Shown here one piece after another: positions 10,181 through 19,933 of a stretch of 64,000 nt of DNA. This DNA is from Methanosarcina sp. (GTDB lineage: Archaea; Halobacteriota; Methanosarcinia; Methanosarcinales; Methanosarcinaceae): assembly GCF_035390745.1 (NCBI RefSeq), contig NZ_DAOOUJ010000004.1, positions 1,375-65,374 on the forward strand, given 5' to 3'. The notes under the pieces are model-generated. The model made no database searches. It was not told the DNA's origin and saw nothing but the letters and a program-made list of their open reading frames with translations. The stretch's first letter is position 1, and each line of letters begins with the position of its first letter. A program made the translations under genes and the position numbers.

Positions 10181-10979
10181 TCATTTTCCTCCTTTATATT
10201 ATTACATGTAATAAACTGGATTCCAAAAAACGCTGTACATTTTTTAAAAGCGTCTGCCATATCATTACAAAGAAATATGATTATGACGCACGTTAATTTT
10301 TGGATTAGAGAGGATCATTCATAAACCTTTCGAAATAGGAACGCTTTTAAAATATTATTATAAGATTATATTTTATACAATCACTTTTATAAGATGTGCT
10401 GAACCGGTTAAAATAAACTAAATCCTATATTTATAAAAAAGAGTGAATTTTACTTCTTCCAATATCATATAAAGATTCCGATTATCTCGAATGAATTTTT
10501 TTATTTATTTTTAAAAATATATTAACTATTTTTATAATAATTATTTATGCTGATGTGGTTTTTATATTTCTAAATTTTATATAATCCAGAGCTCTTCAGG
10601 TTCTTTCTTTTTTTCTGGGACAAAAAGGATATTTTTTTCTATTTCAGGGGCTGTAATTATTTTTAATTGTTGTTCTTTTTGGTAAAAGTATATTCTTAAT
10701 GATTGAACTATATATTTATCTCTTATCTATTTATAAATTCTTTTACAAAGAGGGGCAGATAACAATTTATTATATATAAATATGTTGGCTATTTTTCTCT
10801 ATCTGCTCCATCTTAAAGCCTTCTGCCCCGGGTTGAATCCAAAGATCATATTTTTTTTCTCCAGTACTCAGGAGCTTTTTATAAAATTTTCATACTTTAT
10901 TTTTATTTTTACAGCCTTCGATTTCCTGTCTGTTATGGGGTCACAAAAGAACTTTATATATGATATCCTTGCTTAGTAC

Positions 10980-11789
10980 GTGATTTTCGGAGCTTCATCT
11001 TTTGCTGGTTCCCTTCAGGAACTGAAGGAAAACGTGGGGTCTGTAGAATTATATGTTCCTAAACTCGGAATTTACAATGGCCTCGTGCTTGAAAAGGAAA
11101 AACTTGAGCGTATTCTTGACGAAATGTCAACACATAATTTCGCAGGGACTGTGCATGCTCCCTACTCAGCGGCAGATCCAAAGTATCCTGAAGCCCTGCA
11201 GATAGATACTGCAAACATGGGAAAAAGAGAATTTTCTCTTCTTGAAGAATCCATGGCAATTGCAAACAGGATAGGATCTCATGTAGTAGTGCTCCACCCT
11301 GGAAGGATCGGCTCCGATAGGGAGAAGTCCTATGCTTCAATGGTCAGCAACCTCAAGTCCCTTGCGTCTCTGGCTGAGGATTACGGAGTTATGCTGGGGC
11401 TTGAAAACAAAGAAGGAACAGACCCCTCTAACTTTTGTTGCAAAGCAGAAGAACTTTCTCATACTATTGAAATTGTGAACTCAGCCAATCTCAAAGCTAC
11501 TCTTGATATCGGGCATGCAAACCTCACCTGTGGGGGCAACCCTGAAAAACTCAGAAACTTTGTCCTGACCTTAAAAAAACATGTTATCCATATTCATCTG
11601 CACGATAACAGTGGGCAGTGGACAGAAAAATATGATGGGGACGAGCATATGGCACCGGGGAAAGGGTGTGTTGATTTTTCTGCCCTAAAAGTGCTTTCAG
11701 ATTACAGAGGTATCTATAATCTGGAAGTCTTCTCTCTGGAAGATGTTCAGCTTGGAAAAGAAGTCGTTAAGAAAGCTCTGCATTCTTGA
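10980..11789 (+). CDS. Sugar phosphate isomerase/epimerase / AP endonuclease family 2 TIM-barrel protein
   Basis: VHAPY, VVVLHPG, LGLEN, ATLDIGHA, IHIHLHDN..DEH metal-ligand motifs. Confidence 0.88.
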   Translation: MIFGASSFAGSLQELKENVGSVELYVPKLGIYNGLVLEKEKLERILDEMSTHNFAGTVHAPYSAADPKYPEALQIDTANMGKREFSLLEESMAIANRIGSHVVVLHPGRIGSDREKSYASMVSNLKSLASLAEDYGVMLGLENKEGTDPSNFCCKAEELSHTIEIVNSANLKATLDIGHANLTCGGNPEKLRNFVLTLKKHVIHIHLHDNSGQWTEKYDGDEHMAPGKGCVDFSALKVLSDYRGIYNLEVFSLEDVQLGKEVVKKALHS

Positions 11790-11862
11790 AGATTTAATTC
11801 AAAAAAAATAAATCAAGGCTGGGTTCGGTTAAGAACCTCAGTCTTAATTACTCAAATTTCAG

Positions 11863-13782
11863 TTAATTAAAGTCTACTTTAACTCCTTTCTGGCCAAGCA
11901 CTTTCTTTAGCTCTTCGTAGGCTGTAAAAAGCTCTTTTCTCTGCCTTTCAGCTGTTTCAAGTTTTGGTTCGGCTTTGAGCCAGATATCCTGATCTCCTGT
12001 TCCTCTTGTAACCGCAACGCAGGCAAGCATATCTCCCTGGGTCAACCTGTATATGGAATCAAGTCCTGTAGGAGTTACCCACGCAGGAGATACGGTTTTA
12101 AGTTTTTCAATCAAATCGTCCCAGATGAGAGTTCCGGATGCCCGGAGGTTAAGCTGAAGGTGGGCACGTTCTCCTGTAACCTTTTCATCAAGTTTTTTAA
12201 GGAATGCGCTGTACTCCGGATCTTTCTCATTTATTTCTCGTGATTCGTAGCGGGCAAGCTCTTCTGCTTCATCTTCGAAAAAGGGTGCCAGGTTAACCTT
12301 GCTTGAGGGTTTTGTCATAAGGGAGACCCCGAAGAAAGCAACGGCACTCAGCCCCATTCCCACGATAACCCCGTGGCTCATCAGAATTGGATGAATGCTT
12401 TCCAGATAATTCGGTGCAAGAGGGGGAGTCTTAATAAGATCCAGAATTACGAGTGCTACCTGGACAACAAAACCGACCACCATCCCTGCAAAGGCTCCTT
12501 CCTTGGTTGCTCTCTTCCAGTACAGGCCTCCCATGAGGGGGAAGAAGTAAGAAGAGCTTGCAATGAATGTTGCGATATGAATAGCATCGATAATGTTGGG
12601 GATGACAAACGAGCCTGCTGTTGCAGCGAGCACTATAAACAGCACGCTGACTCTGTTTATCAGCATCATTTCTTTCATTGTAGCATCTGGCTTTATGTAT
12701 CTCTGGTAAATGTCCCTTGAGATGCAGGAAGCGCCTGATGTTGAAAAAGTGTCCGTACAGGACATTGAGGCTGCTGCAAGCCCTATCGCACTGAAAGCTA
12801 TAATCAGGGGAGCCGAGGCGAAACGTTCACTTACAAAAGCCAGTAATGCGGGCTCTGCCAGAGACATGCCTGCAGGAAAGCCCATCGGGGCAATTTCAGG
12901 GTATATTGAGCTAAGGGCTATTGCAATCACGGCGCAGGATCCAAAGACCACGGTAATCATGAGAGCGCCGATTATCATTCCAAAGCTGGCAGATTTTGCA
13001 TCTCTCGCAGCCCAGACTTTCTGCCAGGGATCCTGTTCTGTAATCCACCCGGGAATTATAGCAAGGCAGAAAATCAGAACCATGGGAAGTCCAATTGATA
13101 AGGGATTCCACCAGTTCGCAGGCAGGCTTCCGAAGAGCTCTGAAGCACTTATCGCAGAAGTACCAAGACCTCCATCAGCAACTGTTCCTACTGCAGCAAA
13201 AGCCATTGCTATTGTAAAGATAGCAAGGAAAGTGAACTGGATAGTATCTGTCCAGATAACTGCATACAGCCCTCCAAGGGTTACGTAAAGGGAAACTGCA
13301 ATTGCAACAATCGCTGCAGCATAGAAAGGATCAAGGCCGTAAAAAACCTGCAGAACAAGGGAAAGCCCTGTAATATCAGCTACTGAAAATAGAATCATTA
13401 CAACAGTAATTATAATGGCAATTGGCCATCTAACTGCACTGCCATAGCGCTGTTCAAGCAGTTCAGGCTGGGTAATTGCAGGCAGATGTTTGATTTTTCC
13501 CACAAGCACCGCAATAACAAGCAGAGCGATGATGTTAGGCGCTACAAAAGCCCATACAGAGCCCATTCCCTGAAGCATGAAATACCCTACAACCGCAAGA
13601 ATTCCGCCTGCTGTCAGCCAGGAAGCTGCAGCTGAAAATCCCAGGGCGCCGGGTCCTATCCGTCTTCCAGCAAGCCAGAAGTCTGTAACTGATTTCTGTC
13701 TGTTATTAAAATACCAGCCAATAGCCACAAGCGAGGCTATATAGACTGCAAGCATTATAAGAAAAATACTGTAACCATCCAT
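11863..13782 (-). CDS. Sodium:solute symporter family protein with C-terminal soluble extension
   Basis: DFWLAGRRIG, YVTLGGLYAVIWTDTIQ, QDPWQKVWAA motifs; about 13 TM segments. Confidence 0.92.
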   Translation of the reverse strand: MDGYSIFLIMLAVYIASLVAIGWYFNNRQKSVTDFWLAGRRIGPGALGFSAAASWLTAGGILAVVGYFMLQGMGSVWAFVAPNIIALLVIAVLVGKIKHLPAITQPELLEQRYGSAVRWPIAIIITVVMILFSVADITGLSLVLQVFYGLDPFYAAAIVAIAVSLYVTLGGLYAVIWTDTIQFTFLAIFTIAMAFAAVGTVADGGLGTSAISASELFGSLPANWWNPLSIGLPMVLIFCLAIIPGWITEQDPWQKVWAARDAKSASFGMIIGALMITVVFGSCAVIAIALSSIYPEIAPMGFPAGMSLAEPALLAFVSERFASAPLIIAFSAIGLAAASMSCTDTFSTSGASCISRDIYQRYIKPDATMKEMMLINRVSVLFIVLAATAGSFVIPNIIDAIHIATFIASSSYFFPLMGGLYWKRATKEGAFAGMVVGFVVQVALVILDLIKTPPLAPNYLESIHPILMSHGVIVGMGLSAVAFFGVSLMTKPSSKVNLAPFFEDEAEELARYESREINEKDPEYSAFLKKLDEKVTGERAHLQLNLRASGTLIWDDLIEKLKTVSPAWVTPTGLDSIYRLTQGDMLACVAVTRGTGDQDIWLKAEPKLETAERQRKELFTAYEELKKVLGQKGVKVDFN

Positions 13783-14042
13783 AAGGACACCTTTATAAGA
13801 ATCAAGTAATTTATGTGAGCATTATCCATTTTTTAGAAGTTTTCCTGAAAATATCAACATTATTCTGGATGACTTTGTTTTTATATATTCTCATCTTACT
13901 AATTATGAATAAGTAAATTTTACTTCAATTCTACTATCTATTTGTTCTCAGAGTGCTTCAAGAACTCCTTTTTGCAAATGGATTCAAGTTAACTTGAGTT
14001 TAACTCATTTTTAGTTTCCTGATTTTTGCAGGCTTTGAGAAC

Positions 14043-14376
14043 ATGTTGAAATACAGAATTGTTTATGCTGACCGCAGGTTTCTGAGTATAGGAACAGGAA
14101 TCGCAATAATTGATGCTTCCAATGTGGCAGAAGCAGGAGACACAGTATATGTCTTTCTGAGGCCTGAAAACATAGCTTTAAGTAAAACTTCCGCACAATC
14201 CAGCATCAGAAACTCTCTGTATGGCAGGGTCACAGAAGTAGGGATACCTGGAGTTCCTGTGCGGGTAAAGGTTGATTGCGGAATCATTCTGAATGTCCTT
14301 ATAACCTGGCAGAAGAGATGAAGATTTCTCTGGGTATCCAGGTCTATTCTCAAGTTCTGTTCATGTTCTCCGTTAA
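14043..14376 (+). pseudogene. 3' remnant of a ModC/WtpC-like ABC ATPase (TOBE domains only)
   Basis: VYVFLRPENIALS..QSSIRNSLYGRVTEV resembles the TupC C-terminus; continues after frameshifts as AEEMKISLGIQVYSQ and SVHVLR*; no Walker motifs; abuts the modE RBS. Confidence 0.8.
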
Positions 14377-14390
14377 GAAGGTGAAAGTTT

Positions 14391-14978
14391 ATGAAAGCGA
14401 AAACAAAGCTCTGGTTTACCGAAGATGGAAAAACGGTAATGGGCGCTGGTAGAGCTGAGTTGTTGAAAACAATTGACGAAGAACGCTCCCTCCGGAAAGC
14501 CTGCCAGAAACTCGGAATCTCTTACAAGCATGCCTGGATGATGCTTAAGAAAATGAATGAAGCTCTCGGCGAGCCTGCGGTAGTTACTGTGCGCGGGGGA
14601 AAGGAACAGGGCACTTTCCTGACCGATCTCGGAAGAAAACTGCTGGTTGAGTATGAAACGAACAAAAAATTGATTAATGAAGCCTTGGGGGACGAAACCT
14701 CCTGGGAAAATGTAAGTTTCAAGCTTTCTGCCCGAAACAAGCTTCCAGGAAAAGTGATTGAAGTTGAAAAAAGCGGGCTTGTCTCGAAAATCACTATTGA
14801 GATTGAACCTTCAGTCCTGACCTCCGTAGTTACGGAAGAAGCAGTTGAAAAACTGGACATAAAGCCCGGAGACCGTGTTTATGCAGTCATAAAATCCACT
14901 GAAGTAATGGTTGCAAAAGCTGCAGGTGAAACAGCGTCTGCAAAAGCCGGTTCGAAAAAGTCTGGTCTCTCAGACTGA
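14391..14978 (+). CDS. modE: ModE-family molybdate/tungstate-responsive regulator (wHTH + TOBE)
   Basis: GAGRAELLKTIDEERSLRKACQKLGISYKHAW HTH; KLSARNKLPGKV...IKSTEVMV Mop/TOBE domain. Confidence 0.92.
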   Translation: MKAKTKLWFTEDGKTVMGAGRAELLKTIDEERSLRKACQKLGISYKHAWMMLKKMNEALGEPAVVTVRGGKEQGTFLTDLGRKLLVEYETNKKLINEALGDETSWENVSFKLSARNKLPGKVIEVEKSGLVSKITIEIEPSVLTSVVTEEAVEKLDIKPGDRVYAVIKSTEVMVAKAAGETASAKAGSKKSGLSD

Positions 14979-15110
14979 ACATTTTTTTAGATCCTGTATA
15001 TTTTTGAAATCTTTAATTCAAGATCTGTAATTAAAAAGGGTTGAGTGCCTGTAAAAATTATATTTACAGACACATTTCTTTCGGGTTGTTCAGTTATACA
15101 GTTTTCCCGT

Positions 15111-16172
15111 TTATTCCTGCATCTGTTTCTTCTTCCTCATCACAACGAAACATGCTGCCAGGATCATTGCAACACCTGCTCCAATTTCGTATCCTGGAAG
15201 CGATTCTTTTGCTTCCAGAACTTCGGTGTTGATTTTAACAGTATCTGAAACCTGATCATGCCCTTCCGAATCTTCATAGAGAATCTCGCTGCTCAGGGAG
15301 TATGGCTTTGGCGTTGCAGTCTCGTCCACATCCATGTCAAAAACAGCAACAGCTTCTTCACCCGGGTTCAAAGTCCCAAGGTAAGCCTGGTCGTCAGTCG
15401 TACTGAATGGGTCAGCTGCACTTAATCTCACAGTTGCATCCTTTGCTGGTTCTTCTCCGGTATTCTTGTATGTAACGCGGAGCATTCCTCCTTCATCAGG
15501 GTAAAGGTCGCCTGTTACATTCGTAACTTCAAAGTAAGGTTCTTCTTTGACTTTTATGTATATGGTTTGAGTCTGAGTCTTGTTTTCGTACCAGATGCCT
15601 ACATCCTTGTTTGTCACAATGCCTGTAGTAGGGTCGTATTCGTCCCCTCCCAGCTGAACATTGTTCTGGTACTGATATGCAAGTTTAAGGGTAAGAGGAT
15701 ATGTTCCTGCAGAAGCGTTTTTATTTATTTCTATGGTGAACTTTGTAGGGCTTGAGCTCTGTTTTCCCTGTTTGAGGGTACCTGCCTGCTGGGCTCCTGA
15801 TTTGACCTTGATATTTGGGTCATCTGACGTAAGGGTTGCAAGAATTCCTACTGCGGTTGTAACCTGTGATTCATACTGCATTTCTGTCTGCTGGAGCACC
15901 AGATCAACAGCTTCCCCAAATTCCACGTCTTTATCAGCCTCAAATCCTGTAATTGTGCCTTTATTCATCATTTCAATATTGAGGGTTACAGTATCTCCTC
16001 TGGAATATTCATTGTCTCCTATGAGTGTCGCATTGATGTCAGGGCTTCCATAGACATTATAATAGTTCTCACTGATGTCAAAATTTTTTGGGAAAGCAGC
16101 CTGCACTGGCAGGACTGCAGAGAAGAGGATCAGAAGGGTTGTGACCGTAGCAAGTAATCCATTTTTATTCAT
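15111..16172 (-). CDS. COG1361 S-layer-family membrane-anchored protein
   Basis: Signal peptide MNKNGLLATVTTLLILFSAVLPVQA; YPLTLKLAYQYQ; C-terminal TM + KKK; start 16172 after GGTGA. Confidence 0.85.
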   Translation of the reverse strand: MNKNGLLATVTTLLILFSAVLPVQAAFPKNFDISENYYNVYGSPDINATLIGDNEYSRGDTVTLNIEMMNKGTITGFEADKDVEFGEAVDLVLQQTEMQYESQVTTAVGILATLTSDDPNIKVKSGAQQAGTLKQGKQSSSPTKFTIEINKNASAGTYPLTLKLAYQYQNNVQLGGDEYDPTTGIVTNKDVGIWYENKTQTQTIYIKVKEEPYFEVTNVTGDLYPDEGGMLRVTYKNTGEEPAKDATVRLSAADPFSTTDDQAYLGTLNPGEEAVAVFDMDVDETATPKPYSLSSEILYEDSEGHDQVSDTVKINTEVLEAKESLPGYEIGAGVAMILAACFVVMRKKKQMQE

Positions 16173-17358
16173 TTTCATCACCTGATGCATTTTCATCGCC
16201 TGGTGTTTTTTCATCGCTTGATACATTTTCATCGCTTGATGCATTTTCTTCATTCCTGGTTCTTTTCCGGTGCATATTCACGATCTGGTAAAGGGCGATA
16301 ACGATAATCAGTATAATTGCTATTCCTGTTGTGCTGAATTTTTTCTCTGTAGCTTCAAGAGGTATGTTCACTTTCATGCTTTCAGAAAACGATGTCTCTC
16401 CGTCTTCATCAACGTATTTTATTTCACTGTTAATTCCGTAGTTTTTTACAAGTGCGTCCTTGTCTGCCGAAATTTCAAAACTTGCAGTTTTCTCTTCTCC
16501 GGGGCCTATGTCCCCAAGCCTTACTATGGATTTCTCAGTGCTCAGGGGGCTCATGACTATTATCCGGGCTAAAGCGTCTTCTGCTACTTCTTCTCTTGTG
16601 TTTTTATAGGTAACATTGATGAGCCTGCTTTCTCCCTGTACAAGGCTTCCTGAGACATTGCTTACTTCAAATTCAGGTCCGCTTTTTACGGAAACGGGGA
16701 TTCTGAGAGTTTCGTTCTTTGTCTCATATACTCTTGCAAATTCCACACCCGTAACCCCGAGATTTATTGCATCCGAAGTTACGGTTTTGACATTAGCCTG
16801 GTACTGGTAACTTACAGGCAGGAGGAGCTCATAATCCCCGGCAGGTGTATCGCTGTTTATTTTGATGGTGTAACTCAGGGTTGACGTATGGCCTGTTTCA
16901 AGTTCTTCTACACTCTGAGGGTTAGATGTGGACTCGACTTCAATGTATTTTGTTTCCGATTGAAGAGTAGCTTCAATATCTTTTGCAGTTGTAACCCCCT
17001 CTTCTTCTTCCATCTCTGCCATTGCAACTGTTTCTTCAGTGGAGTCGTTTATTAGTCTCTGGTTTGCATTCAGCCTCTGAAAACCATCTATTACTCCGGT
17101 GTTTGCGATTTTTATCTTCAGATCTACTGTTTCTCCCCTTGTTAACTCGGGATCTCCTGTCACTGAAGCCTTTATAACCGGCTCTCCGTAACTCCTGTAA
17201 TAGTCTACAGTAGAGCCCTGATCCAGAATAATGAAGTTCGTTTCATCATCGTCCCCGAGGGCTGGAAGTGCAGTCACTGATACAATTAATAGAATTAATG
17301 CAAATGTAGTAACTTTCTTAATCATTTTTTGCCTTAATTTCCCGGGCACTCGTATCAT
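16165..17358 (-). CDS. COG1361 S-layer-family membrane-anchored protein (paralog)
   Basis: Signal peptide MIKKVTTFALILLIVSVTALPALG (alternative start 17325); YELLLPVSYQYQ; C-terminal TM. Confidence 0.85.
   Translation of the reverse strand: MIRVPGKLRQKMIKKVTTFALILLIVSVTALPALGDDDETNFIILDQGSTVDYYRSYGEPVIKASVTGDPELTRGETVDLKIKIANTGVIDGFQRLNANQRLINDSTEETVAMAEMEEEEGVTTAKDIEATLQSETKYIEVESTSNPQSVEELETGHTSTLSYTIKINSDTPAGDYELLLPVSYQYQANVKTVTSDAINLGVTGVEFARVYETKNETLRIPVSVKSGPEFEVSNVSGSLVQGESRLINVTYKNTREEVAEDALARIIVMSPLSTEKSIVRLGDIGPGEEKTASFEISADKDALVKNYGINSEIKYVDEDGETSFSESMKVNIPLEATEKKFSTTGIAIILIIVIALYQIVNMHRKRTRNEENASSDENVSSDEKTPGDENASGDENE
16170..16253 (-). repeat. Imperfect 18-nt tandem repeat (about 4.5 copies, GATGAAAATGCATCAAGC-like)
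   Basis: Reads DENASS/DENVSS/DEKTPG/DENASG in one frame and MKMHQA-type units in the other. Confidence 0.9.
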
Positions 17359-19715
17359 ATCTCGGCCCCCTGAATTTGTTTTTTTATTTCTGTCTGTTTT
17401 TCTGCTGCCTTATCCCCTTTTATTTTATCGCGCCAGGTATCAAGCAAGACCATCAGCGGTGGGAAGACAACAAAGCTTGCAAGGAGTGCCAGCACAATAT
17501 CAATTACCGTAACCGTACCAAAGTCGGATATCATCGGGAAAGGAGAAGCCAGCAATGCCATGAACCCGAATACTGTTGTAGCCCCTGAAGCAACGATTGC
17601 ACTTCCTATTTTGGAACTGGTCATACTGATTGCTTCCATAGGGGTCATCCCTTTACCTTTTTCTTCAAAGTAACGTTCCATCATGAGGATGGCATACTCT
17701 GACCCAACTCCCAGAATCAGAGCTCCAAGAGTTGCTGTTAAAGGAGTGTATTCGATGTTGAGCAAGCTCATTACTCCTCCTGACCAGCCGATAACTATAA
17801 CCATTGGGATCACAGGGACGAGGGCTTTCACCCAGTCTCTGTAAACAATGTAGAGCCCAATGAGCACGAGTACAAGGCCGAGGAAAGTCATTGCCACTCT
17901 CCCACTGGTAAGGGCAGTAATCACTTCTGTAAATACAACATTGTTTCCTGTGATCGTAACTGCTGTCCCTGGAGGGGCTGGCATCCACTGCATATCCTGC
18001 TCAACAATATCTGTTAGTTCCTGGATACCGGTTACTTTGATATCTGCAACCGCGTTTCCTATATTAAAGTTAAGAAGGAGCATATTTTTTCCGTACATGT
18101 AGCGGTCTTTTTGAGTTTCAGGGATCTCTGAATAAATATCTTCTATCTCCTGGCGGGTATCAGGAATTACTCCATCGTTATATTCCTTTACTAGATCTAC
18201 CATGCTTGAAGCACTGTAAATATGGCTATTGGATGCTACTTCGTGTTCGGAAAACTGATCCATCCATTTCAGGACATCCGGATTTGCAGTATCCTCAACC
18301 TTGATGATAAGGTTCAGTTCATCATTTCCGCCCATGATGTCCCCCATATGCCTGAGATCCACAAGGGCAGGCATATCCTGAGGCACAAAAGTCTGGACAT
18401 CAGTTTGAATAGGTACTGACTGATCGAGGTAGAGACCTCCAAAAGCGAGTAAACATGCAATTCCCAGCACGATAACATCGTATTTGATTGTCAGATTGGT
18501 AGTTTTCTGGAGAGCTCTTCCTATCAGACGGTCGCTTTCACTCTCTCCCTCAGTTTTTTTCTTTTTTTCCGGATTCAAAGGCTTAATCTTTTTTGCTATT
18601 TTCCTCAGGGGATTCCTGCCTGAATAGCTGTCAAATATTGAAAGCGTTACAACCCCTACAAATATTGAAGCAAAGTAACACATGATAATGCCTATCAGGA
18701 GCAGTTTCCCAAAATCCTGAATCATGGGTACTGAGGATGTAAAAAGCGAGAAAAATCCAAGTGCTGTCATTGCCAGAGCTATAAGGACAGCAGGGCCTGT
18801 GTGTTTTATGGTTTCTACTACTGCTCTTGTTTTATTCCCTTTATCCACCATTTCTTCTTCAAGTCTGTTATGAAACTGAATCGCATAGTCAATCCCTACG
18901 CCTATGAGGATTGGGAATGCAGACATAGTAACCATCGACATAGAAATTCCGACGTAACCCATAGCTCCAAAAGTGTAAACAATGCCAAGAAGAACCACAG
19001 GCAGAGGAAGAATACACCAGCGGACATGTTTGAATACAATGAGCAGTACAATAAGCATGAAAATGGCGGAAAGCCCTAAAAGAACTCCCATGCTGGAATT
19101 CATCTCGTAATTCATGGAGATGCTGAACGCCGGGTCACCTGTGACAATGATATTGTAAGAAGGTGGGAAATCCGCAAACGTGACTGCATCTTCGGTGGCG
19201 GTAAGGATATCTTGCTGTGCTGTGTCGCTGGCTGAACCTGCCATGACTACAGAAATCAGCATATGTGTATTATCAGGAATAATCTGGCTGAAAATGTCAG
19301 GATTTCCATCTATTATAGCTTTAATTTCTTCATCGGTTTCTGGAAGTTCATACCTTCCTGTCATCTGGTAGTTGATCTTTTTGATAAGGGAGGCGGGACT
19401 TGTAGTCTCGAGTACTCCATTTGTTGCTCCTACCTGATGTTCAAGCCTGTCTACAGCCTTCATCAGGTCAGCATTCCTCACATCATTGCCCTCTACCATT
19501 ACCACGATGGATTGTGTCTGGAAAATACTCTGATAAAGGTGATCATAGTCCTGGTAGAGAGGAGAGTCTTTCCCGACAAAGGTCTCCGTCCCTGATTTCA
19601 TCTCTATTAGCTGTGCTCCCTGTGTTGATATAATTATGAACAGGAAAGCTATCAGGAGTACGGAAAAACGGTTATTTTGAACAAAAAACCCAAGTTTTTC
19701 AAAAAATTCTTTAAT
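17355..19715 (-). CDS. RND-superfamily (MMPL/HAE3-type) transporter
   Basis: Two-repeat architecture with GVGIDYAIQFHNR and GVGSEYAILMMERY; frame extends 38 codons upstream of ATG 19601 to an ATT with an RBS and supplies TM1. Confidence 0.9.
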   Translation of the reverse strand: MKEFFEKLGFFVQNNRFSVLLIAFLFIIISTQGAQLIEMKSGTETFVGKDSPLYQDYDHLYQSIFQTQSIVVMVEGNDVRNADLMKAVDRLEHQVGATNGVLETTSPASLIKKINYQMTGRYELPETDEEIKAIIDGNPDIFSQIIPDNTHMLISVVMAGSASDTAQQDILTATEDAVTFADFPPSYNIIVTGDPAFSISMNYEMNSSMGVLLGLSAIFMLIVLLIVFKHVRWCILPLPVVLLGIVYTFGAMGYVGISMSMVTMSAFPILIGVGIDYAIQFHNRLEEEMVDKGNKTRAVVETIKHTGPAVLIALAMTALGFFSLFTSSVPMIQDFGKLLLIGIIMCYFASIFVGVVTLSIFDSYSGRNPLRKIAKKIKPLNPEKKKKTEGESESDRLIGRALQKTTNLTIKYDVIVLGIACLLAFGGLYLDQSVPIQTDVQTFVPQDMPALVDLRHMGDIMGGNDELNLIIKVEDTANPDVLKWMDQFSEHEVASNSHIYSASSMVDLVKEYNDGVIPDTRQEIEDIYSEIPETQKDRYMYGKNMLLLNFNIGNAVADIKVTGIQELTDIVEQDMQWMPAPPGTAVTITGNNVVFTEVITALTSGRVAMTFLGLVLVLIGLYIVYRDWVKALVPVIPMVIVIGWSGGVMSLLNIEYTPLTATLGALILGVGSEYAILMMERYFEEKGKGMTPMEAISMTSSKIGSAIVASGATTVFGFMALLASPFPMISDFGTVTVIDIVLALLASFVVFPPLMVLLDTWRDKIKGDKAAEKQTEIKKQIQGAEI

Positions 19716-19933
19716 AGTTGATTCCTCTCTGAGTTTTTAGTATGAAGTGCAATTCAGGAACCTTGATTCAAATCTATAATCGTCGATTTTTCTTCCGGGC
19801 TGGAGGTTCCCATTCCAGACCTTAATATATATTTCCCTTATATAAACTGTCTCAATAGTTATTTAATGTTCTGAACCTGTCTGGTATTAGATTTAGAAAA
19901 GATTTAAATCTATTGTTACTTTAGGGGTAACAG

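Noticed and set aside
10782-10976. 64-aa ORF upstream of the TIM-barrel gene
   Set aside because: AT/Phe-rich promoter sequence with no RBS or protein-like composition
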